The position numbers and the translations under genes were made by a program. Positions 63,574 through 64,000 of a DNA stretch of 64,000 nucleotides are shown here, piece after piece (the stretch's first letter is position 1; every line of letters begins with the position of its first letter). The notes under the pieces were generated by a model. That model made no database searches, was not told the origin of the DNA, and saw nothing but the letters and a program-made list of their open reading frames with translations. The DNA comes from Lingula anatina (Eukaryota; Animalia; Brachiopoda): contig CM120644.1 of the NCBI GenBank assembly GCA_051362555.1, positions 6,456,954 to 6,520,953 of the forward strand, given 5' to 3'.

Positions 63574-64000
63574 TTTGGTTCTGTTGTAATCTGTTAAAGT
63601 GTAGTTCGTTATTTTGTGACTCGGGATAAATCGTCCTTGTTAAAAACTGCAAAAGAGATTGAAATATTTTAATCAACTGCGTTGGCAAATTTTTTTCTTG
63701 ACTAAATGCGTCTTTTTTTCTTTCCTTTAATAATGAATTTTTAAGGTTGAATAGGAATGCAGAGTCTAATCATATACCGTTTCAGATTTTAAAATATATA
63801 TATTCTCAATGTTTCCCTAGTTTCATTATTTAAACGTATTTCACTTTCCTGACGTCATAATACATCATACGCGCATAATACATGTACAAGAAAAACGCAG
63901 CATCGTGAATGGCTTCCTTTGGCTTCATAACATACTGGATAAGAAAATAAATTGGTAGTTTTAATGTGGCATTTTGTCATGTATCATGTAAACGGGTTTG

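Overview
AT-rich, intron-containing animal genomic DNA, most likely a marine invertebrate (inferred from gene families and repeats). It is not prokaryotic, so the ORF track fragments most genes. Reconstructed from splice sites: (1) a terminal NHL-repeat exon; (2) a tandem duplication (~1380-21425 and ~22370-32778), each copy holding an 11-exon secreted protein of signal peptide + PAN/Apple + follistatin-N-like module + three CTHRC1 C-terminal-like domains with no collagen segment; copy 1 has a broken splice acceptor and several extra transposons; (3) an 88-aa secreted Cys/His-rich protein; (4) a secreted Ly6/uPAR three-finger protein with a Pro-rich tail carrying three D(W/L)Yxx(I/V)GLxR repeats; (5) two near-identical class A GPCRs, one frameshifted, plus a third fragment; (6) an intact BEL/Pao LTR retrotransposon with apparently identical LTRs; (7) many DNA transposons defined by TIRs and TSDs (hAT-like, Tc1, Sola/Chapaev-like, P-like, Harbinger MITEs). 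All coordinates and translations were read by eye; family names come from motif recognition, not database searches.
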